Shown here: piece after piece, positions 46,767 through 58,120 of the stretch
How the letters are laid out: the number at the start of each line of letters is the position of its first letter
How positions within the stretch are numbered: the first letter of the stretch is position 1
Origin: Macrostomum lignano
Taxonomy: Eukaryota
Reading direction: 5' to 3'
Assembly (NCBI GenBank): GCA_002269645.1
Contig: NIVC01000199.1
Span: forward strand, 434,001 to 498,000
DNA length: 64,000 nt
Notes under the pieces: generated by a model
Seen by the model: the letters and a program-made list of their open reading frames with translations, nothing else
Told to the model about the DNA's origin: nothing
Databases searched by the model: none
Made by a program: the position numbers and the translations under genes

Positions 46767-49700
46767 ATGGTCCAGTGCCAGATCAAGCTTCTACGCGTAT
46801 TGCAACTAGCAACTGTCACAAGCCTTACCTGTCCACTATTTTTTTGGCTGTTTTGTTCTTCTAATAGAGCAGGAACTGAGTTTTTTTCGTCGTCTGTATC
46901 ATTTTACTGTAGCAACAACTCCACTTCGCTCCTGAAGATGATCAGCAAGGATGTACAGCTGCCCACAGTGTGCCAGGATCTCGACTGCAAGGCTGCCTAC
47001 CTCAAGCACCTGCCGCTGGCCAGCAGTTCGCATCGGGTAGATGGCCATCCCATTCCTCCTATTCGACACCTGTTATGGATAAATGAATCCGTGTCCGCCT
47101 ATTTCGCTGAGCAACTGAAAACCTGGCGTCGGGTTCACCCAGACTGGACTGTGGTGCTTTGGCGTGACCAGGATCTGCAGCCGTTTGTGAAGAAGCATTT
47201 TCCCGAAGCTCTGCCGCGTTTCATGGAATTGGCGTCGCATCCAATCATGCAGGTGGACATGATCAGGTACATGCTGCTGTTCAAGGTGAGGATAAGCAGG
47301 TAATTAAGACAAAAATTTAAAATATGTTTGGCCTTTAAGTCGTAAGTTATTGAAATAGTATTTATTATGATTAGAAATTTACTTTTAGTGGCACATTAGG
47401 AGAACTTATTGCTTCTAAAATTGCCTACTTAGTTGCAGTTTTATCCCACAGAAAAGCGGCATTGAGAGAGCGGTCCCTCAGGCAAACTGTGATGTTTGCT
47501 CACTCATACGAGAATAATTGCTGCTTTTGTTCTTCTCTTCTTGCTCCACTCGCTGGGGCAGCTATTCTTTCCCCATATCACATCTGTCTCTCCTTAGCCC
47601 TCCTCTAAAGTCTTACCTACATAGTCAATAGAAATGTACTTTATTGGTCGGGTTAAAAAGGAATCAAAATTGGTCAGAAATAGAAGTTTTGAATCCTGTG
47701 GCAGCCACAGAAGTTAGCACAAAACAACTGGTCATAATATGTAGTTTTAGCCCGTCCCGTTGCTTGTTCTTCTGCCCTTCTAGTAAGAAGTGGCTGCAGC
47801 CAAGTGGTTTGAGCCTCGGACTCACGACTGGGACTTGATCAATTTGTGTCCTTGAGCAAGACACTTAACTCTGCATTGCTACAGTTCGCCCAGCTGTAAA
47901 ATGGGTGCCAGCATTAGCTGGGGTAATTGAGGGTTTGTGTGGCGACTTCCAGTCCTTGGACTGAACAGCCGTAGGAAGCCTTCAGATGCGTCGCGCAATC
48001 GCTGCGGCTGAGCTGTCGGTTGCACATTTGCCCCCTGGGGCAGGTGTAATCAGTTATTATTCTACACCTAGCTGCTAAATATGGGTACGGTACACTAATG
48101 GCTTAGTCCAATAATAGCTTAGTGACAGATTTAGCATCTAAAATACGAACGAAGATACATTTGGCTACGCTGCATCGATAGTGATTTGTTCCTGAGTGGG
48201 CTATTTGGCTTCGTGCTTCTATTGAAATAATCAGTCAGTCAATTACTGATGGTCTCTACAATATGGCCCAGTCCCAATCCTATAGAGTCCCCAGTCCAAG
48301 AGTTTTCCATACTGTACACAGAATATTTACACCGAAAGCAAATTCAATTCTAAAAACAGATGCAGCTTGACTGCTACTCACAGCCACAGACACTAGAACA
48401 GCTAGATGGGCCACTCAGCACATTTGCGTGTAATCTACTTTCAGTTCAGTAGTAGGTTAGGTAGAAGCATTTTAATGTACTTTAAAGCCAAGGCTCATTT
48501 ATTAGCTCTTGCCCCCTCAGGTTAGACCCTCCAATCGCGCCTTTCCACACAAACCCCCACCCGCCCCGCCCCAATTTTTATTGCCTTTCTCAGAATTCCC
48601 GCCTAAAGCTACCATGTACATTTCAGTGGACTGGCCAATGTACATTCTGGCTGAACCAATTAGCAAATTGTTTACGCCTGCCAGATTGGGTTTCTAAACT
48701 TATCAAAGTCATTTCAGCTGCCTTTATTTTTATGATATAGCTTATGTATTCTTCTCGACTACTGAACTGAAAGTAGGAAGCTGTTTTACTAAGCATGTAT
48801 GCCTGAGTGGCTTAATCTAGTTATTTTAGTATTATATCTGTGCCCACACCATAGATCTTATATTCCCTAAATCGGTGTCGGTCTTTTCCTATTGAATGCA
48901 TTGAGAGTGACCCATCTAGGGAATATAAGATCTATGACCCACACTTGCTGCAGTACGGAGGCGTGTACGCAGACCTGGACTACAGTCTGACTGCCAGACT
49001 GGACGACCACCGTCGCTTCTACGCTGTGGTGACCCGCGAGCCTGAGGTTCACTCGCTGCAATTCTACGGCATCGACGGTCGGTGGCCCCTGAAAATCATG
49101 CCTAGCCCGGCCTTCCTGATGGCCGCGCCGGGTCACAACTTCTATCGCCACTGCGTTAACGAGCTGCGGACGAAGGCGTTTACCGCTGGCGAGCCGTTAA
49201 CTTTTGCTGGACCACTGGGCCTCACTGGGATACTAAGACGCTACGCGGATGCCTTTACCGTGGCCAACAGTCCACTGGAGACTGTCTACATCCCACCATC
49301 GTACAGCTTCTATCCCTACGAGAACAACCGAATGAACACAACTGGCAGCATCTATTTGGGTCAGCGACAGGAATCGTTGACTTATTACTGCAAAAGATCG
49401 AATCCTAGCTGGGCTGAGCAACTGCGACAGTGAGCAGGGGTTGCTGTGCATTGTGCTGCCTGTCTTAGTTAATTCAGGGCTTGACAAACTTTTTTTCCTC
49501 CAGGGCCAGATGACAACTAAGCGCATGACTGCGAACCAGAGGAGGGGGGAGAGGAGAGGGAATAGAGAAGAGAATTAAAGGAAAGGAGAGGCGAGGGAAT
49601 AAAGAAAAAGAGAGGAGACGAGATGAGAGGAGAGATCAAATAGGAGATGAGAGAGGAGAGAGGAGAGAAGGGAAAGGAGAAGGGAGTGGAAAAGGGAGAT

Positions 49701-50724
49701 GAGAGGAGAGGAGAAGAGTGAGGTGAGAGAAGATAGCTAAGAAGAGACACCCACTTTGATTGGGCCGGATTGCTATTGCAAAGTTTCAAAGGACCTGAGG
49801 GCTGGATAGAGAGGCTTTGCGGGTCCGCGGGCCGGAGCTTGCCGGAAAAGCAGCATCGGTACTCACTGTAAGTTAGGGAGCAAATAAGTTTTCATGAAAT
49901 CGTCCAATTTCTTGAATTTCTAATCCTAAGTCGAACTAGTAGTTTCTTGCCTACAGTATAGTAACGAACTGAATTTTCAAGTTTCTGAAGAGACTGGATA
50001 GACCTCTCATTACAAGCCTTAGGAACTTTTCGACAGGCTAAAGCATTTGATTAGATTTTTAATTAGAAATTTACTCACCCTAAGCTTTTCATCCGTATCG
50101 AATTGGATAGAAATCCAGCCTTCCAATAAGTTAAAAGGACTCTGAATTGTACTGGAGTATAATAAGTCTCTCGGTTTGACTCTAGGTTCATGCTTGGAAA
50201 TCGGCCAGCTTCTCGCGCCACGACCCCCTTGGTTTAGTTCTGTCGGCGGCCAACATTAATTTGGGGCTTGTGCCGTGCGATTTCCCCAAAGCACAGATGT
50301 GCATGCTTGACGATTAGAAAGTCAACGCCGCTGTACACCCTGTGTGAGCGTGTGTGAATGCGTGCCTTTGCATGTCTTGGCGATTGCATGTGCTCAGGAG
50401 TCAACAGAATCGGCTCAAGCTCTCGCTGGCTCTGGGTCGACTGTCGCTCTTAACTATTTGTAGCGCAGCACACAGGCCTCCTCCGTGTGACCAACTATCT
50501 TAGTCTCCATCATTCCACTTCAAACCAACACGCCCAGGTACTGCGCCGACATAAACAACCTGGACCCGATCATCGACAAGACCCAGCCTGTAGTCGCTAA
50601 GCATGACATGAAAAAGTCTGGCGCAATCTACGACGGTCAAGGATCGATGCTCTACTCTCAGAACCTGACGCTTGTCAGCAGCCTGTTCGGCTCCAAGCTG
50701 CAGATGGGAAGCCGTTGGATTTGA
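46767..50724 (+). CDS. GT32/DXD glycosyltransferase paralog B, exons 46767-47285, 48954-49429, 50538-50724; 393 aa
   Basis: AAG|GTGAG, CTGCAG|TAC, CA|GTGAG and CCCAG|G junctions keep the frame. YGGVYADLDY present. Exon 3 (YCADINNLDPIIDKTQP...GSRWI*) was translated by hand and is absent from the ORF track. Confidence 0.9.
47790..48060 (+). mobile_element. Near-full SINE copy (tRNA head partly deleted) in GT-B intron 1
   Basis: GCAGCCAAGTGGTTTGAGCCTCGGACTCAC head, GTGTCCTTGAGCAAGACACTTAAC core and ATT tail. Confidence 0.85.
49540..49745. repeat. Degenerate polypurine (GGAGA-like) tract in GT-B intron 2
   Basis: Almost entirely A/G. Confidence 0.85.
50190..50460 (+). repeat. Dispersed repeat with a diverged inverted copy at ~59100-59385; class unknown
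   Basis: GCCGCTGTACACCCTGTGTGAGCGTG at ~50324 matches the reverse complement of CACACTCACACAGGAGTGTACAGCGGC at ~59247; other short blocks are also shared. Confidence 0.55.
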
Positions 50725-50782
50725 CTTGCTGCAGATTGCAGAAGTGTCAGACTATTGGAAATGGTTTAGAGCCGTAACCAAA

Positions 50783-51069
50783 TCCATATACTAATTTGGC
50801 GCTGTTTGTCTGTCTGTAATTCATTTTTTCGAGAACCGTCTGAACGATTTTTTTAATTAACTTTTAATTTGAATTTGAATGCCCCCATGAAGGGCTTTTT
50901 GCGCTAGTCTATATACTAATTTTTAGATTGCGAACCATTCTGACTTGAATTGGAAAATGATGCCCCCATGAGGGGCTTAGTGCGCTAGTCTATATACTAC
51001 TTTTTAGATTGCAAACCATTCTGACTTGAATTGGAAAATGATGCCCCCATGAGGGGCTTAGTGTGCTTG
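50783..51069 (+). mobile_element. Head-to-tail array of three mini-Helitrons (125, 81 and 81 bp)
   Basis: A|TCCATATACTAA at 50783. Each unit ends in GCCCCCATGA(G/A)GGGC hairpin + CTAG (50907, 50988; CTTG at 51069), directly followed by TCTATATACTA. Confidence 0.75.
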
Positions 51070-51726
51070 TGTATCTAAAGAGTCTTTTGTGACTCTGTAT
51101 GGAACTTCAATCTTTTCTCTCTTTGGGCATCAATTATTTGTTGCTCCATCTCTCATTAAATTTTTTTCGTTTTTACGAACTAATTTTATCTGAAACAAAC
51201 AAGCAAACTTAACTTTAATTTATTTAAATATTTGATGCACTATAACTGGATATTCAATATTGCATGTTGACTAACGTAAATGCAAGGCTGTAACTAAAAT
51301 GACCGAATCTATAGTTACTTTTATAGCCGCTTACATGGCACATAATATCTACTTATTCTACGTGGCACTGCATTGAAGAAAGCAATATAAAGCCCTAAGC
51401 CGCTCTATCTGTATTGATTGTCAGCTTTAGCAACAGCTGCAAAAATGCCATTGCAAGCAGTAAACAGTTCTTATATAAGCCGCTTGGTTAAATTTAGCTT
51501 TGGATAGCATAGCCAAATGACTGTACACTACTGCATTGCACTTGCAATGGCTAATATTGTAATTAATTTTTCTGGTCCATGAGTCAGTGCAGGGTCTCCG
51601 TTGCAATCATTCAATCCATAAGCCCTGAGTACAATAGCGTCGTGTATATAAACTTCATTGGGAGCGGCTCTGCATTGGCAACCAGCTAGTTTGCTTCGCT
51701 GCCGTCGCGCGTTGCAAAACTACAGT

Positions 51727-54700
51727 ATGACTCGAGCTCAGCGCCAGCTACTGAAGTTTCTGTTGCTGCTGGTAACGATCACCAGCCTTATATTGGCTTA
51801 TAGTCAGCTGATTCAACAGCATTGTCAGTCGCATGATGTACAATCGTCGGTAGAGTCCAACAGCATGATCAGCAAAAATGTTCAGCTGCCAACGGTGTGT
51901 CAGAATCTCTCCTGCAGGTCTGCTTACCTGAGGCATCTGTCATTCTCTGGTAGTACAGATCGCGACAGATATCCCATTCCACCGGTTCGACACCTGATAT
52001 GGAAAAGCGAATATGTTTCGTCTTATTTCGCTGAGCAACTGAAAACCTGGCATCGAGTGCACCCAGACTGGACTGTGGTGCTTTGGCGTGACCAGGATCT
52101 GCAGCCGTTTGTGAGGAAGCATTTTCCTGGTGCTTTGCGGCGTTTCATGGAATTGGCGCCGTATACAATCATGCAGGTGGACATGATCAGGTACATGCTG
52201 CTATTTAAGGTAAGTCGAACTGTAAAATTTCAAGTTTTGCGGAATGCTGAATCAATTATCATTCTTAATCGAATAATTACAACTCAAAACAAATGAAAGA
52301 GGGCTTATTTTGAATCCCTGCCGTTTTTCCTAGTAACCGCATTTTTGGTAGGCATTTGTTTGAATACGCTCTTCCTCCCCCCTCCCCCCTTTTTTGGTTA
52401 GTATCACAGATACTATATAACTAGAGATTTGACGTTTTTTCTTGTTTTTTGACAATAAAATCAGCATTTTAGATGATTTTTTTAGTATATAGGACTGTAC
52501 TGCTGACAAGTATTTTGAAGTGTTTCAAGTCCGAATTGTTCAACTTATTGATGTCTTGAATGAAAGGGCATATGTTGCTGCCTATTCTGCGCAAAAATAA
52601 GCATCTTACGATCAATAGCGTATACACAGGAGATACATTGAAAAATCGGCCATCAATGAAATTTTCACCAATTCTGAGTCTTGCGTCCTTCTACTTAAGT
52701 AGTCCTTGAGTCAAGAATGTACACTGTAGAAGATTGTGCATATGGTTGAAAACTTTATTTCCGATCGATTTCATTTTAGTCACTGATAAGAATGTTTCTA
52801 ATAATTTGCATTTACACTACCGTCCTAAGAGTAGTATCATTTTTGGTCCAATTGGAGAGGAAGAAATACCCTGATAGAAACGTTCGAACTGAACAAATGA
52901 AAAGTCTTATTTGACACGAGCCAATCCGTAAGAGGAAATTGAAATTCACCGGGCAACCTCGATCCATTAGAGGGCGCTGCTTTAGGACTTAGTCACCCCC
53001 CTTCTTTTCCTAGCTAGACAGTGTCTTGCCGCTGCGCGCTACCAGTGCAATCCGTGCTTACGTGAAAGCCCATAATTTCAATTCTGTAACACCGTAATTT
53101 AGTAGTTTGTGAGGAATCTCATAGCTAATTTTGTGGAATTTATAAAATAATGAAAGTCCCCTAGAACAACTTGGTGTTAGCAGTGAGATCCAAAGAATAA
53201 TTTAAATACCCCTAGTACAACTTGGTGACGCAGTGGGATAAAATACAATAGTACGCTCGTAGTAAAGAGGCCTGCAACAATTTGGTAGCATTTGTAGGAT
53301 TTTCAACTTAGTTTAATTATCCCTACAACACAAAACTAGGACGCAAAACTTGCAGCGAAGCACTATACTCTGGATAGAGTATGACGTCCTTGTACGTCAG
53401 TTGTCCATGACACAGATTTATTTCACATAGTAGTGTTAAGTTTATTTCTTCATAGTCAAGAGGCCCGTCATTTTAGCTAGTATGTTTAGTGGAAGGTATA
53501 AGAGAAACAATCTCCAAAAGTGGCCCTTTATCGTTTATAACGTTAGAATAAGGCTTCCTATACAAGTTATACTCAATAGCTACTTGATCTGAAAGTGGAA
53601 TAGCAGGGAATACTCAGATCCTTGATTCTCTCTGAGCAAAAAATGCACGCTGTGAATTTCTGCTTGGCCCAGGCTGGTAAAGTACAGGGTGTCCCATAAG
53701 TAACTTTACAACTTGTTTCGTGAATAACTTTGTGATTAATGCTTGGATCCCCATCAAATTTTAGCATAGGAAAATATATAGAAGGGGGATTTTTTGACAC
53801 CAAAAGCATGTTCATACGTTAAAAAATACAGTCCGTTCAGGGTCCTTCGATGTGGCCCCGCCGTTTGTAAGGCAGGCCTCCAGCCGCCGCGGAAAGTCCA
53901 GCAGGGCTTTGGTAAACGTCTCAGGCGAAATCTGGGCCTGATATGAACATGCTTTTGGTGTCAAAAAAATCCCTTTTCTATATATTTTCCCATGCTAAAA
54001 TCTGGTTGGGATCCAAGCATTAATCACAAAGTTATTCACGAAACAAGTTGTAAAGTTACTTATGGGACACCCTGTACATTGCCGTAAGGCGGGGAAAGTC
54101 ACGGAAAATTTCTCTGGCAGGTAACAGCTAGATTAAATAAGATTTAAAAAACACTGCGTTTGGATAGGCAGTCGTTCATGGCCAAAAATACAACATGGGA
54201 AAAGTCTGAAATTTCAGCCGATAGGCGAAATTCGATGGCAATTTGCCTCAATAAGCAGCTGCATGTCTGCCCAAAAGAAACTAAACTGAAGGCCAGAAGC
54301 GTGGTTAAATGACTCACACAGTAACTTATTGGTTAGAGTTATTGAATGCAGGGTAAGTTTTGCTGCACTGCTACTCAAAAACCCAACGTCAAAACCCAAC
54401 GTTAGTAGATGCGGGCTCATCTGCGCTGAAACCCCCCCCCCTCTCACCAGGGGGTGTCAGGGGGTAGGGAGGAGGCCAGCCAGCCAGACTTAACGAGAAA
54501 TGTTTTACCAAATTTACCGTGTTTGGCTAATTTACCGTATTATAAACTGGCTCTCCTACTTGCAGTACGGAGGCGTGTACGCAGACCTGGACTACAGTCT
54601 GATTGCCAGTCTGGACGATCACCGTCGCTTCTACGCCGTGGTGACCCGCGAGCCCGAAGCCCACTCGCTGCAGTTTTTCAAATTCCAGTGGCCTGCAAGA

Positions 54701-55601
54701 ACGATGGCCAATCCGGCCTTCCTGATGGCCGCTCCCGGGCACAGCTTCTATCGGCACTGCATCAACGAGCTTCGGACGGTGCCCTTCGCCAGGGGCAGCC
54801 CGCTCAGCTTTGCGGGGCCATTCGGACTGACTGCAATACTGGAGCGGTACAATGCCGCATTTCCTGTGGCCAACAGTCCACTGGAGACTGTGTACATCCC
54901 GCCATCGTACAGCTTCTATCCCTATGAGGGCAACCGAATGGATGCATCGGGAAGTATCTACCTGCCTCAGCGTAGGGCCGCTCTAAGCAGGCGTTGCGAC
55001 AAGATTGACGAAACCTCAGCTATGCAGCTGCAATTGTGAGCAGGAAGGAGTTTGCTTGCCCTGTCCAGTTTACCATAACTTTACACTCAGCAACATTAAA
55101 GAGTGAATCAAGACCCCTGGTTTCTGACCATGTCTGACCAGTTAGCCTGTGTATGAGTGCGTACCTGCGCACAGAATAGCAGAATTGCCTTGGCACTGGT
55201 TGTCGGACGTAACTACAATAGGTATACGTGTACGTCTATTCTTTGTAGTTCGAGAGCAGTTTCTCACACTCAGTCTACTCAGAATCTTCCTAGCAATCGC
55301 TCATTTTTTATTACACGATCCAGTTTACCTGCGAAAAAATCTTCTGAAAATAAGCCGAAACTTACATGTATTTTGATCGTGTGACAGCTCACTATATTTA
55401 CTCAAACACGCCAGGTACTGCGCCGATATAAACAATATGGACCCAATCACCGACAAGACCCAGCCTATAATTGCCATTCACGACATGAAGAAGATTGGCG
55501 CAATCTACGACGGCAGAGGAGCAAAGCTCTACTTTCAGAATCTGACGCATGTCAGCAACGTTTTTGGCTCTAAGCTTCAGATGGGAACTGACTGGATTTG
55601 A
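51727..55601 (+). CDS. GT32/DXD glycosyltransferase paralog C, exons 51727-52209, 54566-55035, 55415-55601; 379 aa
   Basis: TM LLKFLLLLVTITSLILAY; same intron positions and phases as A and B; 1140 nt in total. Confidence 0.9.
53685..54074. mobile_element. 390-bp Tc1/mariner MITE, ~135-bp TIRs, TA TSD
   Basis: TA|CAGGGTGTCCCATAAG...CTTATGGGACACCCTG|TA. Confidence 0.92.
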
Positions 55602-55825
55602 CAGAGTTGAACACATGTGCCATATTCAATGTATGTCATGCATCTCTAACTTTGACTGATTTTTATTTACCTAATGCTGGCGTATCTGCAGGTAGTTAGT
55701 AGCAGAGAACGGTAAGCACGTTCGGCTCTGACCTCAAAACTCGCCAAAAGTATTGCAAGGGGCTCGCTCACAAAAAAAATTGTGTCAAGAGATTTTCGTG
55801 TTGCTGCATGAGGGCCAAACCCCAG

Positions 55826-56820
55826 GACTCTCCTTTCTCTTCTCCTTTTCTCTCCTCTCCTCTCTTCTACTCTCCTCTCCTCTCCTCTCCTCTCCTCTCC
55901 TCTCCTCTCCTCTCCTCTCCTCTCCTCTCCTCTTCTCTCCTCTTCTCTCCTCTCCTCTCCTCTCCTCTCCTCTCCTCTCCTCTCCTCTCCTCTCCTCTCC
56001 TCTCCTCTCCTCTCCTCTCCTCTCCTCTCCTCTCCTCTCCTCTCCTCTCCTCTCCTCTCCTCTCCTCTCCTCTCTCTCTCTCCTCTCCTCTCCTCTCCTC
56101 TCCTCTCCTCTCCTCTCCTCTCCTCTCCTCTCCTCTCCTCTCCTCTCCTCTCCTCTCCTCTCCTCTCCTCTCCTCTCCTCTCCTCTCCTCTCCTCTCTTC
56201 TACTCTCCTCTCCTCTCCTCTCCTCTCCTCTCCTCTCCTCTCCTCTCCTCTCCTCTCCTCTCCTCTCCTCTCCTCTCCTCTTCTCTCTTCTCCTATCCTC
56301 TCCTCTCCTCTCCTCTCCTCTCCTCTCCTCTCCTCTCCTCTCCTCTCCTCTCCTCTCCTCTCCTCTCCTCTCCTCTCTCTCTCCTCTCTCTCTTCTCCTC
56401 TCCTCTCCTTTCCTCTCCTCTCCTTTCCTCTCCTCTCCTTTCCTCTCCTCTCCTCTCTTCTCCTCTCCTCTCCTCTCCTCTCTTCTCCTCTCCTCTCCTC
56501 TCCTCTCTTCTCTTCTCCTCTCCTCTCCTCTCCTTTCCTCTCCCCTCTTCTTTCCTTTCTACTCTCCTCTCTTCTCTGCTTTCCTCTTCCTTCTATCCCC
56601 TACTCTTCTTTCTTCTCTTCTCCCATCTCTCTTCATCTCTCTTGTCATTCCTTCTCCTCTCCCTTCTCTTCTCTCCCTTCCCCTCTCCCTTCTCTTCTCT
56701 CCCTTTCCCTCTCCCTTCTCTTGTCTCTCTTTTTTCATCTCCTCTCTTCTCCTTTATTCCCTAATTCTTCACTTCTTTCCCCCGTCTCTCTTCTCTCTTC
56801 CCTCTCCTCCCCCTCATCTG
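55826..56820. repeat. (CTCCT)n microsatellite decaying into a polypyrimidine tract
   Basis: Direct reading. Confidence 0.97.
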
Positions 56821-57335
56821 GCCTTCATGCGCTAGGTTCTGTATCTAACCCTTGAGGTAAAAAAGTTTTTGACCTTTTATACAAGATCACTGAGTGCGCG
56901 TCTCTGCACATATCTGTGTCGTTTTTTCCGAGCTTGAGAATAAACAGAATTGACATAGCTATTTGCAATACATAAAGCCAATCTGCATGTTACATTTTAA
57001 CTCTCTGCTTGACATGATATGCTTGACTTGCGTGCTTTTATTGGTAATGAAAAGATTACAAAAACAGTAAGAAAATTTTTAATACGAGTACACAATGAAA
57101 GTTATTTGTGTTTATGTGAGACTGGTCTATTGACTGAACTTGCTGTCGAGAGTACTAGAATGCGAGCAAAAGAAGCTGATAATTTACATGCGGTATTGGT
57201 AATTTATTTAAACGTGTATTACAGGCACTATGAATTTTTAGATCGAAATTTATGACAACTTATGTTAAAAAAATTACTGTTATACACATAGTTAATACAT
57301 GAACAAAAGAATGACGCAAATGTTAGCGGCCCTAC

Positions 57336-57566
57336 TCAACCATGCCAGATCAGCCAAAACGATTGCGCAGCAGATGAAATAGGTGAAAGAGAACCGATCT
57401 TCTTCTTCTTGTCCTCCGCTAGCTCTTCATGCTCGCCATTAGCAGGCTCCCCGTCATCAGTTGTTCTGTCATTCTGAGCACGATCCGCTGCAATCATGGA
57501 CTCGGAGAGGCTGGCCGCGGACATGGCTAAGATGATTAGAGCGCTGGACTTCAGCTCCCAGGACAT
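57336..57566 (-). CDS. Putative short secreted peptide precursor (76 aa) or isolated exon
   Basis: MSWELKSSALIILAMSAASLSES (signal-like), acidic spacer, KKKK, and a C-terminal ...FWLIWHG*. GC-richer than its flanks; TCTCAG 4 nt before the ATG. No recognised homology. Confidence 0.3.
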   Translation of the reverse strand: MSWELKSSALIILAMSAASLSESMIAADRAQNDRTTDDGEPANGEHEELAEDKKKKIGSLSPISSAAQSFWLIWHG

Positions 57567-58120
57567 CGCGCTGAGATTTGAGCTTGGCTATTGTTCTACC
57601 AAACTTTTCTCTGTGCACTGCAGAGCTAAATATAGCCATCTGTGTGTTTACTTCACTGTTCCTAACCTTCCCGTGTATAGATATGTACATTCATTCGTCC
57701 TGTGATCACCTTCTGGTTTGAATGATCGGGGCAGAAGTAGTATCTCCGCGGTTAAGACGCCTTGACTTAACCGTACCTAGGTTCGATTCCGTGAGTTGGC
57801 ATATTAATATAAATCTGTACACTGTGCTGTACACAATTGTGCTGTACACTGAACCCACACTGCACCCAATGGTGCAAACTCGAGGAAGAGAGAGAAGAGA
57901 TTCGCAGGGCGTCTGCACTCTTGAAGCAACCCACCTCATGAAAGGTGACTTTACAGCCCAGTTCAAGAGCGCCAAGCAGAGAGGGTCAGACAGAGATAAA
58001 CAATTCCGACAAAATCTGATAAGGATTCACCGCAAAACCCCGATAATGGGTACGAGCATAAATTCCGTACCAGCTTTTACGGAAACTTGGAACAAGAATA
58101 CGAAACTGTAAAGAGAAATC

